A DNA stretch of 62,920 bases, filler included, from Sluysia triapertura (taxonomy: Eukaryota), in assembly GCA_046118255.1 (NCBI GenBank). It is 5 parts of 5 records of this genome, joined end to end, with 100 filler letters (N's around TTAATTAATTAA, not from the genome) between each part and the next. Parts side by side here need not be neighbours in the genome. Positions count along the whole stretch, not along the records: positions 49,258 to 62,920 come from JBJNIA010027171.1; 4 more parts are not named here. One strand, 5' to 3'. A program made the translations under genes and the position numbers. Every line of letters begins with the position of its first letter. Within the stretch, counting starts at the first letter, position 1. The notes beneath the pieces were generated by a model. The model was not told the origin of the DNA. It did not search any database and saw nothing but the letters and a program-made list of their open reading frames with translations. This document shows, one piece after another, positions 49,458 through 62,920 of this stretch.

Positions 49458-52400
49458 TTGAACATTATTTATAATAACACCTTATTAAAAATACGAAATT
49501 TAAAACAATGAAAAATTAATTATAGGTTTAAATTATAATTGATTATTAAAAATTTATAGGTAATTATTTAATTATTAAAGTGTCTCAATTTTAAAAACAT
49601 TTAAATAAAATATTGACCAATAATATTCATTTTATAATCAAATAAGAAAATTCAATATAAAGTGACAAAAAAAAGAATTTTATTTGTACAAAAATTAAAA
49701 TAATAAAATGCAAATAAAATATTGATTTTAGTCAGAAAAATATTTAAACTTAAATAATAGTGCTTAAACTTATCATTCCATGCATTAATATCAGTATACT
49801 GATAGAATAAGGTAATTGAAAAAGTAATCGTAAAGGTAATTATCTATGTAGATATCAAAATATTAAATAAATTAAAATTAAAAAAACAATAATCAATAAA
49901 TATTAAATTAATGTTTCTTAATAATTTCTACAAATGAGAATTATTATTTTATGGATATGCTAGGTTTTTTCTTAACTTGGTCTTATGAATAAAAATAAAT
50001 AAATAACTTACTAGTCTTACCGGTTAGGGCTTTTATAATCTTAAGGTTTAAGAAGGTTAACCTGTGTCAACTAAAAATTTTCTGATGATTTTATGCTTGG
50101 GCTTAAATCAACAAAAATTTAACCAGAAAAATTAAATCGGAATTTTAATTAGATTCAAAAATGAACCTCAAAATGAATTCAAATTTAGTTGTCAATAATT
50201 GAGATTTTAATTAGGTTCTAAAATGAACATCTGGGTAAATTCAAATTTTAATTAATAATAAATTAATATGAAATTACATTAAATGAAAAATGAGGTTAAA
50301 ATAAAATAAAATATACAAGTTTAACAAGATTATTAGCAAATAATCTTAAGATAATATGTTTAACAATATTATTTTAATTAGCTACTTTGGTAAATAGTAG
50401 CTATAAAAGTTTAAAATATGCAATATTAAAAATTGCAAAGGATTCTTAATCAATTAAACTAACGATAAAAAGATATAATCTTTTTGATTTTAGTAATACG
50501 GTTCTGGAAGGTGGATAGAGGTCAAAAAATCGAAAGAAGGAAGTTCTGGAGCGCGAATTAGTTTTCTTGATTGATATCAAAAATTTTTAAGAATTTTTTA
50601 TTGTGTTTTGTATTGTGTTGATTTGGCCTAGTGCTTGGTTTTAAATATTAGAAGTACGACCTTGAAAATCAATAGTTATTTTAAACAAAACGATTTTTTA
50701 AATAAATAAAAATATAAACAATTTCTGTATACCCAAAAATTATGTTAAAAAATAATTTATAAAATAATTTACTTACTTTAAAATTATAATCCGTTATTAA
50801 ATTTATTATTCAAAATTATTTGATTAAATGAAATGAAATAAATCTTATATAATGCAAGTTAATATTAAATGAATTAAAATACTAAATGTGTATGCATATT
50901 AACATAAATCAATATTCTAAATATAGTTGAAATTTACATGCATCACTGGATTTAACATAATTAACAGATAATTATTTTTATTCCTTAAATCATGCAAGTT
51001 TTTTCTGTTACAAAATAAAAATTTACTTTGAGTCCATCTATAATCTATGATTTAGGTTTCTCAGAAACGACGTCATTGTAAGATTTTAATACTGCATTCT
51101 GTACTGAATCTCTTTCTTTGGTATTAATCTGTTTTTAATTTTTTTGTTAACTGATGTATCTATGTCGATTCTACTCTATCGATTGTCTTTCCAGTTAATT
51201 TATTTATACTTTATTTAATGCGTTGCAAATCCATTATGTCTTGCTACTTTTCTACGTAACCTTATATTCTTTAATGTTATCGTTACTAAAATCAAGATAA
51301 TTAGACACAGAAAGAAAATAAACGATAAGCATGTATACAAAATATTTTATGCCATAAACACTAATGTGTAATAATAATAATAATATAGTATTAAGATAAA
51401 TACTTAATACTTCAAAGTTATAAATACTTTTCACTAACTTTAAGCATAAAATTTTTTAACCTTAAATTGGGAATACCTTACAAACGGAATTGGTTAAAAT
51501 TGTATTGATATTCAAATGGAACAGATCGAATTGTATTGAGTTTTAATGATGTTCCTCAATCCGTTTGTTAATGCATAACCAACAATGGGATCGTAGAATG
51601 TTGATATCTATACTTCTCTTTCAATGCGATTGAGAAATTGAGTTTAAAAGTAATTGAGAAAGGGTTCGATGATAGTTATGGAGCGTATCTCCCATGATTA
51701 TTCCCGAAGTTGATTGAATTTTAGCTAGACGTTTTTCCTTATATTTTTAATTTTTAGTTGACTTTGTCGTATTGAGAAATATAAAATTTATTCTTTAATT
51801 ACGTGTGGAATTTTTCTTTTTTTACAAGGAGTACTACAACCAATTATAATTTTTCTTTTATCAAGTAATAATAAATATTTACAATTATAAATTATATTAT
51901 TATTAGTCTCATCGTTATTTCATTATCATTATCATTATTTTATTTTGGCGTGACACCTTTCACGTCTCGTTAACACTAAATTTATTAGTATCTATCCGTG
52001 AAATTCAACAATTGTGAGTTCGTAAGTTTTCTTTAAAAATATTTATTGAGTCAAGAGATAATAATAGTACCAGGCACGACAGTAAAATAGTTTTATATTT
52101 TTATTATCGTCATAAACATTTCTAAAATATTAATTTCTTGCTGCTTTATGAATAATATTTATTTTGCCTTTACAAAAATTTATTGATGTACTAATTAATA
52201 TTTTATTATTATTATTATTATTAATATAAATATAAATTATATATTACAATATAAATTATTTAAATTATGAGAATTATTTTCATTGATATAATACGTTTTG
52301 CAGGTTTATTTTATGATCAGTTTGTTAAATGTTTTTTTTAATTTATAATCAGTTTAATAAGTGGGACCTTTGAAGTGAAGGTTAGTTTTAAGAATTAGAA

Positions 52401-54529
52401 CTCAATTAAAATTTCATCTTTCAATTTCCGAAGCATATTCCACATGAAATTATATAATTGAAGTGCAGCATCATTTATCATAACTGTATAATTGAAGGTG
52501 ATGTCGAATTTTAATAGGATTACTAAAATTCATTTAATAAGTTAAATAAATGGCAATTAAACATATTATAAAAAATAGGATTCTAAACAAATGCCGTAAA
52601 TGTATTTAAATTAATGAATAAACAAATAATGTCATTTAGTGGTGATTACGAATTGGTATAAATAAAATTTTAACATGATAAAAATAAAATCTAAACTACT
52701 GAATAAAACACAAATAGTTACGAGTATTAAACCAATATTATTAATATTTCAAAATTGATTAAATTGGATATTATAATTCAAATCGATACTTTCAAGGTGT
52801 TGAAGTTATCACACTATTAATTTTCACTTTAAATGGAGTAATAATTAAATTACAAATTTTGAAAAATTTCTTGCAACTAAAACGTGTACAAATTAAAAAG
52901 CAACCAATAAAGACCAATCATTATTTTGTGTATGGTGGTACAAACAACAAATAAAAAGAACAGTCAGGTCTAAATTCTGTAAAATTAGAAAAATCACCAA
53001 ACTTAAATTTTTGATATTGTTTTACAAATATAAAACTAAATTAATATTTTATATAATTTTATTCAAAACCAATCGCAATATTAGTCTGATCATAGTACAA
53101 TTGCTATCGATAATTTTAGAATGATGTCGACCTTTAAATATGTTAATTTTAATCAAAATCAAACCCAACATTTATACTATCATGATGCAGTCGTTTTGGA
53201 ATGACTTTGGGCTCCTTAAAACTTTATTATAATTTTAGCAGTTGCAATAATTATTGAACTCCGCTTTAGCTACATATTCACTGTAAAAATCATTTTTTAA
53301 ACGGAATCTTTTCAATAAACAATTAAAAAACGAGCATGAATTAATTTTAAATCGCTTAAATTCTATTTAATGCTTTCTGTATCACACTAATACAATGTGT
53401 ATTGATAATTATACAATTCATCAACCTTATTAAATTATGAAGCATATTTCGTAATATAGTAAAGTTAATTATTTTTTAAAAATATTTCTAAATAAAAATT
53501 TACTTTCAATCAATAATATAACAAAATAGCTAAAATTATTTTTAATAATTCTACATAGTATGATCGATAAATTCAACACAAATCAATTTGGCACATATGT
53601 TTTGATTTTACTTCAATTGATAACTTCGTTTATTTCGTCTTTTCATTTAATATTTCAATTGTATTAATTAAATGCAGTACTTTAGTAAAAGATAAATTCA
53701 AAATGTACTAAAACTTTATTAAAATATCGACACTTAAGCAAATGCATAAATACATTTAATTCATTAAAATCATAATTGATTATCATCATAAAATTTCTAA
53801 TATTTACAATATCAATTTAAAATAAAAACCATAATAAATCCAAAATAAATAAATGTAATCCTGAGTAAAATTTTATAAAAGTGCTAACCCAAAATTAGGT
53901 TTCAAGTATTTTATTATTATTACTCTTGAGATTTATACGTACATATGCATACATAATTATTTTTAAGTTGTGGACTTATTGATTACTTGATTAACAAATA
54001 ACACTGTTTGTATATACATATTGAATTATTATTTATAAATTATTTATATTGATTTTATTTGGATTTTTGATATTTTTAAATTTGGATATTTTATAATATA
54101 AGTATAATTTTAATTAAAAAAAATTTTTAAATCGAAAATTATAAATAATTAAAATATATTAATTAAAAAAAATAAAAAACGAAATTTTTTTTATTTGTTG
54201 CTTATTTTGGAGAGGTGATTTTCAAGAAAACTGTTGAGGACATTTTCGAAGTTTCAATTTGGACAGACTCTAAAATTTGTTTTTTCTTTAGTTTGTATTC
54301 ATATAAGTACTTTTTAAGAGTACTTTTTTAAAAAAACACTAAAAATCATTTGCTAAATAATTTTTCGGATCATTTAATGATTCTAGTGTAAAATCAGTTT
54401 TAAAATAAATACCATTATCTGATTAACCTTTTGACATGTTAATATCAGAAAATATTATTATAATTTCAATCTTGTACATTACATTTTTGTGTATAATATA
54501 ACTTAGGAAATTAATTTTTTGTATTTACT

Positions 54530-54905
54530 ATTTATTAACAAAAGATTCCTTTAACGAATCTTACGCAATTTATATAGTTAAAAATTCATAAAATTTATCG
54601 TGGATTTAATTTCTCTGAAGTTTATTCGAAATTATAAAATCGAAATATGATTATAAATCCGTTTAATAGGATTTATTTAAACTCATAATAAACGTTTATT
54701 AATTAATATTAGAGAAAATTTTATTTTCAATAACCCCCGCAAATTAAAATTGTATATACAAGATTAAACAACAAATTAACCTCCATATTAATTTTTATAA
54801 ATCCAATGGCTAGCCTTAATCGGTAAGTCTAGTACGTTGGTGGAATCACTGTAAGAAATCGTTTACTTTATTCTTTAAGTTAAGAAAAAACTCTAGCATT
54901 ACACA
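54530..54905 (-). repeat. Family D, inverted copy
   Basis: Reverse complement aligns with 4015-4510. Confidence 0.75.
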
Positions 54906-56032
54906 TAATTATAAAAGGTTGATCATGCAGTCAAATCAATTATCTGTGATTGGTGCTTTTATTTGTGATTTTCTAAAATGGTGAATTTCTCTTTGGAAAT
55001 TGTTTATATTACTGCTAATCAAAGAATTTATTTGTTTATTACTATTATTTTTATTTTTATTTTTTTAATAGTTTTTTCAGCTTATTCTATTCATACTGAT
55101 TTGATAATTAAATATAGTGAGTTTTTTGTAATAAAAATTTCCTATCAAGGTTGATTGAAAAAGCATTTTCACAACAATTGTTGAGGTTTTTTTACGATGC
55201 TTATCATTAAAAGACAGATCATAATAAAACAAATAGCATTTTTTAATTTCATTTTGAAATGAATAAAGTGAAAATAATGTGATATCATGATTAGTGAATA
55301 AATAAATGATAAATAATTGGATCGAGATAGAGTGATTTAGCTAAAAGAGCTAATTAACAAAAATGCTACAAAAACAAATTGTAGATGAGGCCTATAACTC
55401 TGAAAGCGGAACATTTAGCTGTGCAGTGATTCTTAGTTATAAGTTATACGTTTCTTAAGCTTAAACTTTTTAGCACTTTTAGAACTTTTAAAATAAAGAT
55501 ATTATTATTTCGTATTTATTCCATTTAAGATATAAAAGACTTAAATGGACTATTTTTGGATCATTAAACTTATAAGTAAAGTAATTGTTTAGAAAGATTT
55601 TGAAGTTTAATAATATCAGTAGTTTACTATTATTACATCTTAATTGAACATATGCATTAAATTTGGTAAATACTCGATTTAATTTCATTTTTACAAATGT
55701 AACAACTTTATTGGCAAACTTTTCAGATGTTTAAATTAGTGTTTATTGTTAATTGCAGCACCACGGCGAGGTGAAAGTTAAATTTGCACAGTTGAATTCA
55801 TTTTATGCAGTTGTCGTTTTAGCAGAGATTAAAATTACATAAATAAATCATATTAATTTTACTTATATGTATGAGTTAAAGGAAACTTATACGTTTAACA
55901 CCATGACAAAATCGGAAAAAGTTGTTTAATGAAAATTAAATTCAGAAACATTATTAAGAAACATTTACCTTCAACAAATTTGATACTTTTTTAATGTGAA
56001 ACTAATAATAATACTTTGTAACACTAATTTAG

Positions 56033-56308
56033 GTCAAATTAGAGATATTTTGTCTGCTGGCGAAGTTAGACGACCCTCATTTTCACACATAGTCCAGTCT
56101 GGATCTCCGGTTCCAGGTGGTGGTGCTGTCGAATGTGCTGCAGCTTCAGAAATGGATGCTACATTTTTCTGGCGTTTAAGTAAACTTGGTCGAATTGGTT
56201 CTAGTAAAATGAGATTTGACGATGATTTTGTGGACAGACTTAATCATCAGTTTACTGGTATTCTGTTGTTTATGTTTATCGGATTGATCGGTATTCGACA
56301 GTATGTAG
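56033..56308 (+). CDS. Innexin exon (N-terminus, TM1)
   Basis: Acceptor TTTAG at 56032; ATG at 56152, MDATFFWRLSKLG..FDDDFVDRLNHQFTGILLFMFIGLIGIRQYVG; donor G|GTAGGT at 56309. Confidence 0.93.
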
Positions 56309-56319
56309 GTAGGTTACTT

Positions 56320-56622
56320 TAATTTAATTTTAATATTTTGGTCATCAACATTTTCAAAGCCATTTAAATTTTTCATTAGTTCACATAATTCTGAAATGTT
56401 ACATATCTCAGAGTCCGAAACAATACTTTCGGACAAAATTTTCAACAACCATCGAAATGTTGTTATTGGCTTAATTTTGTTCCAAGATTTAACAGCTTCA
56501 TATATTGTATCCAACATTGTCATTTTTTTCCATAAATTCATTAAATCTTTATTTATGTTCCTTTTTGCATTTTCTAAATATTATACACGCTAATCCGCAC
56601 ATAGATAATCGGAAGTTTACTG
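56320..56622 (-). mobile_element. Internally deleted Tigger/Jerky-type element in the innexin intron
   Basis: Minus-strand end TA-CAGTAAACTTCCGATTATC. ORF LWKKMTMLDTIYEAVKSWNKIKPIT..RW resembles the Tigger/Jerky transposase C-terminus. Confidence 0.7.
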
Positions 56623-57899
56623 TATTTGCAAAACTAAATTGATGAATTGTTAAATTAACACTTGAATAATTAATTATGATTCGTGTTCTATTTTCTTTTA
56701 AATTCTAATTTAAACTTAAGCAAAATAAAATGTAATATCGTGTTCACCTATAGTGAGTGGGTAACCTTAAGAGTTTTAACAAAAGTTTAAATATTTTAAT
56801 TGTGACGGCTTTAAATGGAATTTTTATAAGACGTCATAAAAGTTTTAACGTTTCCTGTAATTCTTAAATGTGAAGATCCTACATCTATGATAAATAAATC
56901 CGAAAATCTTAAGTGGTAAAAATATTTGGTTAAAACCGATTTTAGATACGTTGTTAAATGAAAGGACTTACAGATGAAATCATCTGTCTGGTTTGAATCT
57001 AAAATTAAATTAATAATAAAATATTTGAGTTAAAAATTAAATTAGTATAAAGAATTAATTCAATTATAAAATTAATTTAGAAATTAAATTAATAATAAAA
57101 ATTAGTATTAACATTTATGGAATTTATGAAATTAATAATAAAAATTATTGATAAAAATTATTAATAGAATTAATAATTGAAAATTAAAAATAATAAAATT
57201 AATGATAATTATTATTATATTTATAATAAAAGTTAATAATGATAATAATTATAATTATTCCACCATAATAAAGAATCATTTACAAAATTTCTTGGTTTAC
57301 ACGGTGATCGAAATAAATACCAAAATTTAATATTTATTTATTGATTCATCTCAGAATTTTCCACACAAAGACTTTCCATATAAATCTTGTTTTAATTTTT
57401 CTAAAGAACTTTGAAGTACAAGTAATGCGTAACCAATAAATGTTAAAAACAAGATGTTACATTTTCGATTAAAATTAACGCATTGTATTTACTATCTAAA
57501 TATCTAAAAATATTAAATGATTATTAATATTTGATGTGATGGCCGAAATAATGTTTGATTGAAAATTTGTTTCGAATTAGAACTTAAGGTCCTTGTAATC
57601 GTTAAAATAAGGGTATTCTTACAAATTATTAAAATATTATTATTCGCTTTATCGATAAAATGAATAAAATAAAGTAGTTTCGAAATGGACTCAATGTTCT
57701 TGTCATTCTTGAAATTAGAAATATTGTTATAAATTATTGAACAATTATTATTAGACTTATTAAGAAAGTAATTAAAATAAAACAGTTTCGCATGTATTAA
57801 AACGTAATATAAAAACATTCATACTGAACTTTTTTGATGTACAGTCTGACTTCTGTAGAGGCGACACGACATCGCGTCTATCATAAGACGTTTTCACGT

Positions 57900-58850
57900 A
57901 ACGCAATTTAAATTAAGTACATTGCAATAAAACAACAACTGTGCTGACATATATCAAATCAGGTGACAGCTTACAATAACTTTCACCTATTCTTAGAATT
58001 GCATCGTTGTCAGTAAAGCGTGATAAGTCTCTAATATGAATTCTTTGATAATAAAAATATCGATGCATGTTATAAGTATCCTCTTTAGGAGATAACGAGC
58101 TACTTAAAAAATAGTTTTCTAACTTTGTATTATCAACTTTATCATTATGAATGTTAATTATCAAATCATTGTTGAAAAACATGGAAGGATTATAAATATT
58201 TTTGTTAAATGTGAGCCAGGAAAAATACAAAATTTAAATTCAGTATCTTGGAAAAAACAGCATTAAAGTTATTGCATAAAACTGCTTCATAAGGTCGAAA
58301 CATTTGGTAAGTAACTTTCTTTAAAAGTACGTGTGGTGCAGTCGTACCATCGCACGTAGGGCTGAAGTCAATTGCTTTAACGATCAGCCTATTACATCAA
58401 CAATTATAAGATAAGGATTTATATCCTTATCATAACAATCATATCTTTTAGATTTAAAAATATTATCAATTAAATTGTTCAGAATTCTTGAATAATCACA
58501 AAGCAATAAAGAAGAATTAAAAGAAAGAATGAGGTAACTTGTTGAGTAGTAACTGACAGAGTATTCTGTGTTGCGATTGACATACAGTGTACACTTTTGG
58601 AATAAATTGGCTCCATTTTAAAAAACATAAAAATTGGCACTCATCCGAACAAAATGTAGACATATTATGCCGGTAATATTCAGATATGGGACGTCTGTGA
58701 AGAGTTGTTATCACGATAACAATAGATAACTCTAGTTCTACATGTGGTCTTTCAGTAAGCTTGAATTCCGATCATGGCAAATTTTAACATGTAATACACC
58801 GTGGATAATTTGAAGATCAAGTATCAACTAAAGAACCATTCCGAATTGAA
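57900..58850 (-). mobile_element. Possible highly decayed Penelope-like retroelement remnant
   Basis: ILRIGESYCKLSPDL resembles the GIY-YIG C-terminal L.I.E...I....P.LN pattern. LSTVYY and TFCSDE upstream weakly recall the RT thumb. Confidence 0.3.
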
Positions 58851-59220
58851 AAACAGTTTAATGTAGTATAACAATCTCATAAATTCATATCTATAACGGT
58901 TTTTATTGGTCGATTAAATAAAAGTGCTTTCTGAAATTAAATTTGAGTATGCATTTAAACAAGTAATTAATAATTTTTTACATAAAACTTAAATAAAATT
59001 TACATTAGAAAGACGATATCCACGGAAATAATTGTGTTGTAGACATGATCGATTATAATAGTTTAAATATTTATGATTACACTTTGAGTTTGGTGGTTTG
59101 TGTGTTATAAGATGAGGTTGTGAAATATAGAAAATATTAATATGTGGGTTTTATGTAAATACATGACTGTATGCAGTAATAAAACGTATTCTGAAACTTA
59201 ATTCATTAATTTTTGATCAG

Positions 59221-59486
59221 GTAAACCAATACAATGTTGGATTCCTCAGGAATTTACACGAGGTTGGGAAGAATATACGGAAAATTATTGTTGGGTGTCT
59301 AACACATATTTTGCTTCTATTAAAGAACGAATGCCTCCTCAAGAAGTACGCCAAGAACAAATGATTGGCTATTATCAATGGGCTCCGATTTTATTAGGTC
59401 TCCAATCACTTTTATTTTATATTCCTTGCCTGATTTGGAGATATTCAAGTCCACATTCCGGATTTAACGTACGTAGAATATTACAA
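59221..59486 (+). CDS. Innexin exon (extracellular loop 1, TM2)
   Basis: CAG|(G)KPIQCWIPQEFTRGWEEYTENYCWVSNTYF...IGYYQWAPILLGLQSLLFYIPCLIWR..ILQ|GTCAGC; YYQW signature; phase matches the previous exon. Confidence 0.96.
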
Positions 59487-60990
59487 GTCAGCTTTGGTTA
59501 TTTAATTCTATAAAATAAACAATAAATCACTGAAAAAGTTTAATAAAATGTCCAACTTATTGTTTAAATATATTAAGAGAAAAATCAATTTTTATTAAAT
59601 GTTACAATTTTTACATTAATAACGATAGAATCATACTTCATACATCTGCACTAATGACTTTTTTCTTCAATAAGCCAGAGCAAGCCATATGTTTCTATTT
59701 TATTGAGATTTTAATGAATTAAATCAATAATGATTAAAGTAAATAAAAATTATATTACATAAAAAATATAATTTGATTCTCATTGAGAAAAGCAAAATAT
59801 ACAAAATCCAAACTTTGTTAAATAAATTTTGTTATTAATTACGTGTTTTATTTTGTTTTTGAGTCATTATTTTAAATAACGCATGCTGCAATTGAATTTC
59901 GTAGCTTCTAAGGATGACTATCGAATATTACTTCTTGTAATGAAACTAAGTTACAGATCAACTAATAGTTGGATTTCTTATTACATAATTAATAATATAA
60001 TACTAAAAGAAATTTAATTATTTTGCAAAAAGTTTTAGTAAAATATAATTATTGCTATGTTGGCAAACAAGTAAAGAAAAGTTAATTAATAAAGGCTAAT
60101 TAAGTCAACTTTCAATTGTTAACTAAGATTAAACTTTTTTTATATATAATTAGATCCAAAGAAACAGTAATATTCTTTAAATAATTTTAGTATAATTTTT
60201 ACCGTCTTCTAAATAGAAAAACAATGCGTTAAAACAATTAATAAGAAGTAAAGTAAAATTAAAAATTTTTAAACGTCATTGGTTGCTTTTAATACATATA
60301 ACTTAATTAGACGAAGATATCGAACAGAGTTCATTAATTATATTGCAAATTAAACCTTTAATATATTTAAATACATTTCATTTTATATAGATGAATTTAA
60401 ATGACAATAATTTGCATAAATATTTCATGTATAATTTGAATTACAATTATTAATTTTTATTAAGTTAAATAAAAATTAAAGTAAAGTCATTGTGATTGAT
60501 AAAGTTATTATTGTGATATCCTTGTCATCGGCAATAATTTTATTATGACCCAAACTCATAAGTTTACATAATCTCATTATATTCAATAAAATCATTAATA
60601 TACAAACTGTAGCAATATTAACATTACTCTTATTCTCATCAACACCATTCCGAAAAGCGCCTTTATATGCTCTTCTATTAAAATTTTTTATTAAGGCTGT
60701 ATTTTAAAAAAAGTACAGACTGAAATTTTTCCCATAAGTCTATACTACATTTACAAATTCATATTTTAATTATTATGTATTAATGTATAAATGATTATAT
60801 TCAAATAAATAACAAGAAATCTAGCAACATATTTGCATCAGAAGACAGTTTTCAAATGAATAGTTTAGAAGATATTTTATGCTAATATTCATTTGCTTTA
60901 ATAGTCAAATTTTTCAAATTAAAAAGTTGATCTCGATATATTATACGGTTGCCAATAAAATTTGATGTAAGTTTTTGTGTCTTGGAATAC

Positions 60991-61116
60991 AGGCCTAAAG
61001 TGCCATTTAGTATAACTGAATATAATAATCTAAAATTGTTAGACGGGGCTGATAGCTCAGTGGATAGAGCGGTTCCGGGTTCGATCCTGGGTCAGTCCAT
61101 TTTATGAATTTTAACA
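60991..61116 (+). repeat. tRNA-derived repeat with A and B boxes, anticodon arm deleted
   Basis: GGGGCTGATAGCTCAGTGGATAGAGCGGTTCCGGGTTCGATCCTGGGTCAGTCC at 61045-61098, plus shared flanks. Confidence 0.8.
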
Positions 61117-62725
61117 TATGTTTTCTCAGTCGTATGAATACTTCGATATTTGCTATAAAGCAGTTTTAGCTGATTGGGTGGACGGTTAATGCTTTTGATA
61201 TCGAAAACATGTACTTAACTGATGTCTTTGACCCGATAGATAAAAATAGCATCCATCTTTTCAATTTATGTTCTAAGTCATTCTTCTAAGTTACTATTTC
61301 AAAGGTGCTGAACAAGTTGCGAATTTTATCAACTAGAAAGACGGATTATTTGATAGACTTTTAGTGTAATTTAGGAGAGCAGACTTTTAAACTGTCGTAT
61401 TTTTTATGTTTGACATTCGTTCAATAAATTTATGACAATTTTTAATGTTTTTATTTCGTTAATAAGTATTTAAATGCCTTAAGCCAAATGACAAAATTTT
61501 TAAATTTAGAGTAAACGATTTGGACCTTATATCCCATTCTATTTTTGTAACAATTAACTATAATGATACAACAGAGAATGTAATCAACATTGACCTTAAG
61601 TCCTTATCAAGCGTTAAGTTTAAAATTCAGTACATAAATTAGCCTTCAGTTTATGAACGTAAGGAACTATATAATCATAATAAATTAACGTGTCAAATGA
61701 CAACTTTCATTAGAGAAAAAGGAAATATTAACAAATTATGGTAAATCTAAAATAAAACAATATTTATCTGAATATATCTGTCAGATCGTTTGTTAAAACA
61801 TTCAAATTAAAGCACGTTTAAATTAATTAATAAACATCATATATATAATTTAGAAAAAAATTGAAAACTTTCTGGCATAATTTTATTTATCAACAAAACA
61901 GCACAAAATATACATTGATTTTCTCAATGCCCGTATTTAATTATTATCTAGTTATAAATGATATTCTCAATAAAATGATAGACAAATTTTGGAACCAGAT
62001 TTTGCTAAGCAGAACTATCATCTTTATCATCTAAATTACTACTACTTTATCAATCAAATACATTTATCACAAATACATTTAAACATTATTCTGGAATTTC
62101 TTAAATTTTAAGACTTAAAATATATTGCAAAATCATTCTAAGTGCATTACATCCAACTATCCAATTAGAATTTAGATAAGTTAAATCCACTCATGATCTA
62201 CATAATGCTGATTTTGAAGAAACAGTAAAAAACATTAGTCAGAAGTATAAAATAACGAATATTTTGAAATTACTGGTACAAACTAAATGGCATGCCAGTT
62301 AAATATTTGTATATTATGCTGAAACAGTAATTTTTCGAGGTAATTTCACACATTAAAACTACCTGCGAATAAATTCGAAAATTGGATAGTAAACTGTTAA
62401 TAATAAACTAAATAATAATAATAATAATCACAACACATTAGCAAATATAAATAAAACAAGAAATTTTTAATTTTATAAGTAAATAATTCCGGAACTAAAA
62501 TTAAAAATAACAAATTAGTTCTACTAAATATACATCTATTTATTTACTAACAAAAACTAACAATAATTAATTCATTATTTTTTATTTTTATATGTTAATA
62601 AAAATATTTAATTTAATTAACTTATAAAACATATTTATTTCGTATTATATATGGAAAATTTAATTTCAAACATTTTAAGATTAAGATTAATGACATAACA
62701 TTAAATAAACAAAACAGTGTATCAC

Positions 62726-62898
62726 TTTTTTAAAATTTTTATTAATACAATATATTTCGTTTTTTATTGTCACGATTAAAATATTGGGTTTAAAATAATA
62801 AAATATTTTACATTATTCTTTTTTAAAATTTTTCTTAATACAATATATTTCGTTTTTTATTGTCACGATTAAAATATTGGGTTTAAAATAATAAAATA
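62726..62898. repeat. Tandem duplication, ~93-bp period
   Basis: TTAATACAATATATTTCGTTTTTTATTGTCACGATTAAAATATTGGGTTTAAAATAATAAAA occurs twice. Confidence 0.93.
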
Positions 62899-62920
62899 CT
62901 CCCTCTGTCCGAAAATAAGA

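Noticed and set aside
61045-61098. Functional tRNA gene
   Set aside because: Anticodon arm is missing. The other two copies lack the T arm or the 5' half, so none folds into a full cloverleaf.
62897-62920. TA-CTCCCTCTGTCC, Stowaway/Tc1-like terminus
   Set aside because: Only 22 nt before the window end, with no partner TIR to confirm.

Overview
Very AT-rich eukaryotic genomic DNA with spliced genes and (AAT)n microsatellites. An innexin, mariner/Tigger/piggyBac/hAT debris and the composition suggest an invertebrate, most plausibly a planarian-type flatworm (inference). The window is not contiguous. It is five contigs (1-12052, 12153-23757, 23858-36312, 36413-49157, 49258-end) joined by artificial 100-nt N44-TTAATTAATTAA-N44 linkers, so adjacency across linkers means nothing. 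Recognisable host gene pieces are: the last two exons of an NPRL3-like gene, a disrupted 3' half of MINPP1, two exons of a MARK/PAR-1 kinase, two innexin exons, an intronless FHA-less RNF8-like RING gene, and an ArfGAP-like exon lacking the arginine finger. The best candidate for an undescribed system is a co-oriented minus-strand cassette at about 19.3-22.4 kb. It holds an envelope-like type I membrane ORF, a RING-H2 exon with an Arg-rich tail, and a ~365-codon orphan frame whose 3' end recurs on another contig. It looks like the accessory region of a large mobile or viral element, but no gag/pol/integrase is visible, so this remains a hypothesis. Several unclassified dispersed repeats, including a tRNA-like core inside an inverted-repeat bracket, recur across contigs. 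All homology calls are by eye from recalled family motifs; no searches were run.
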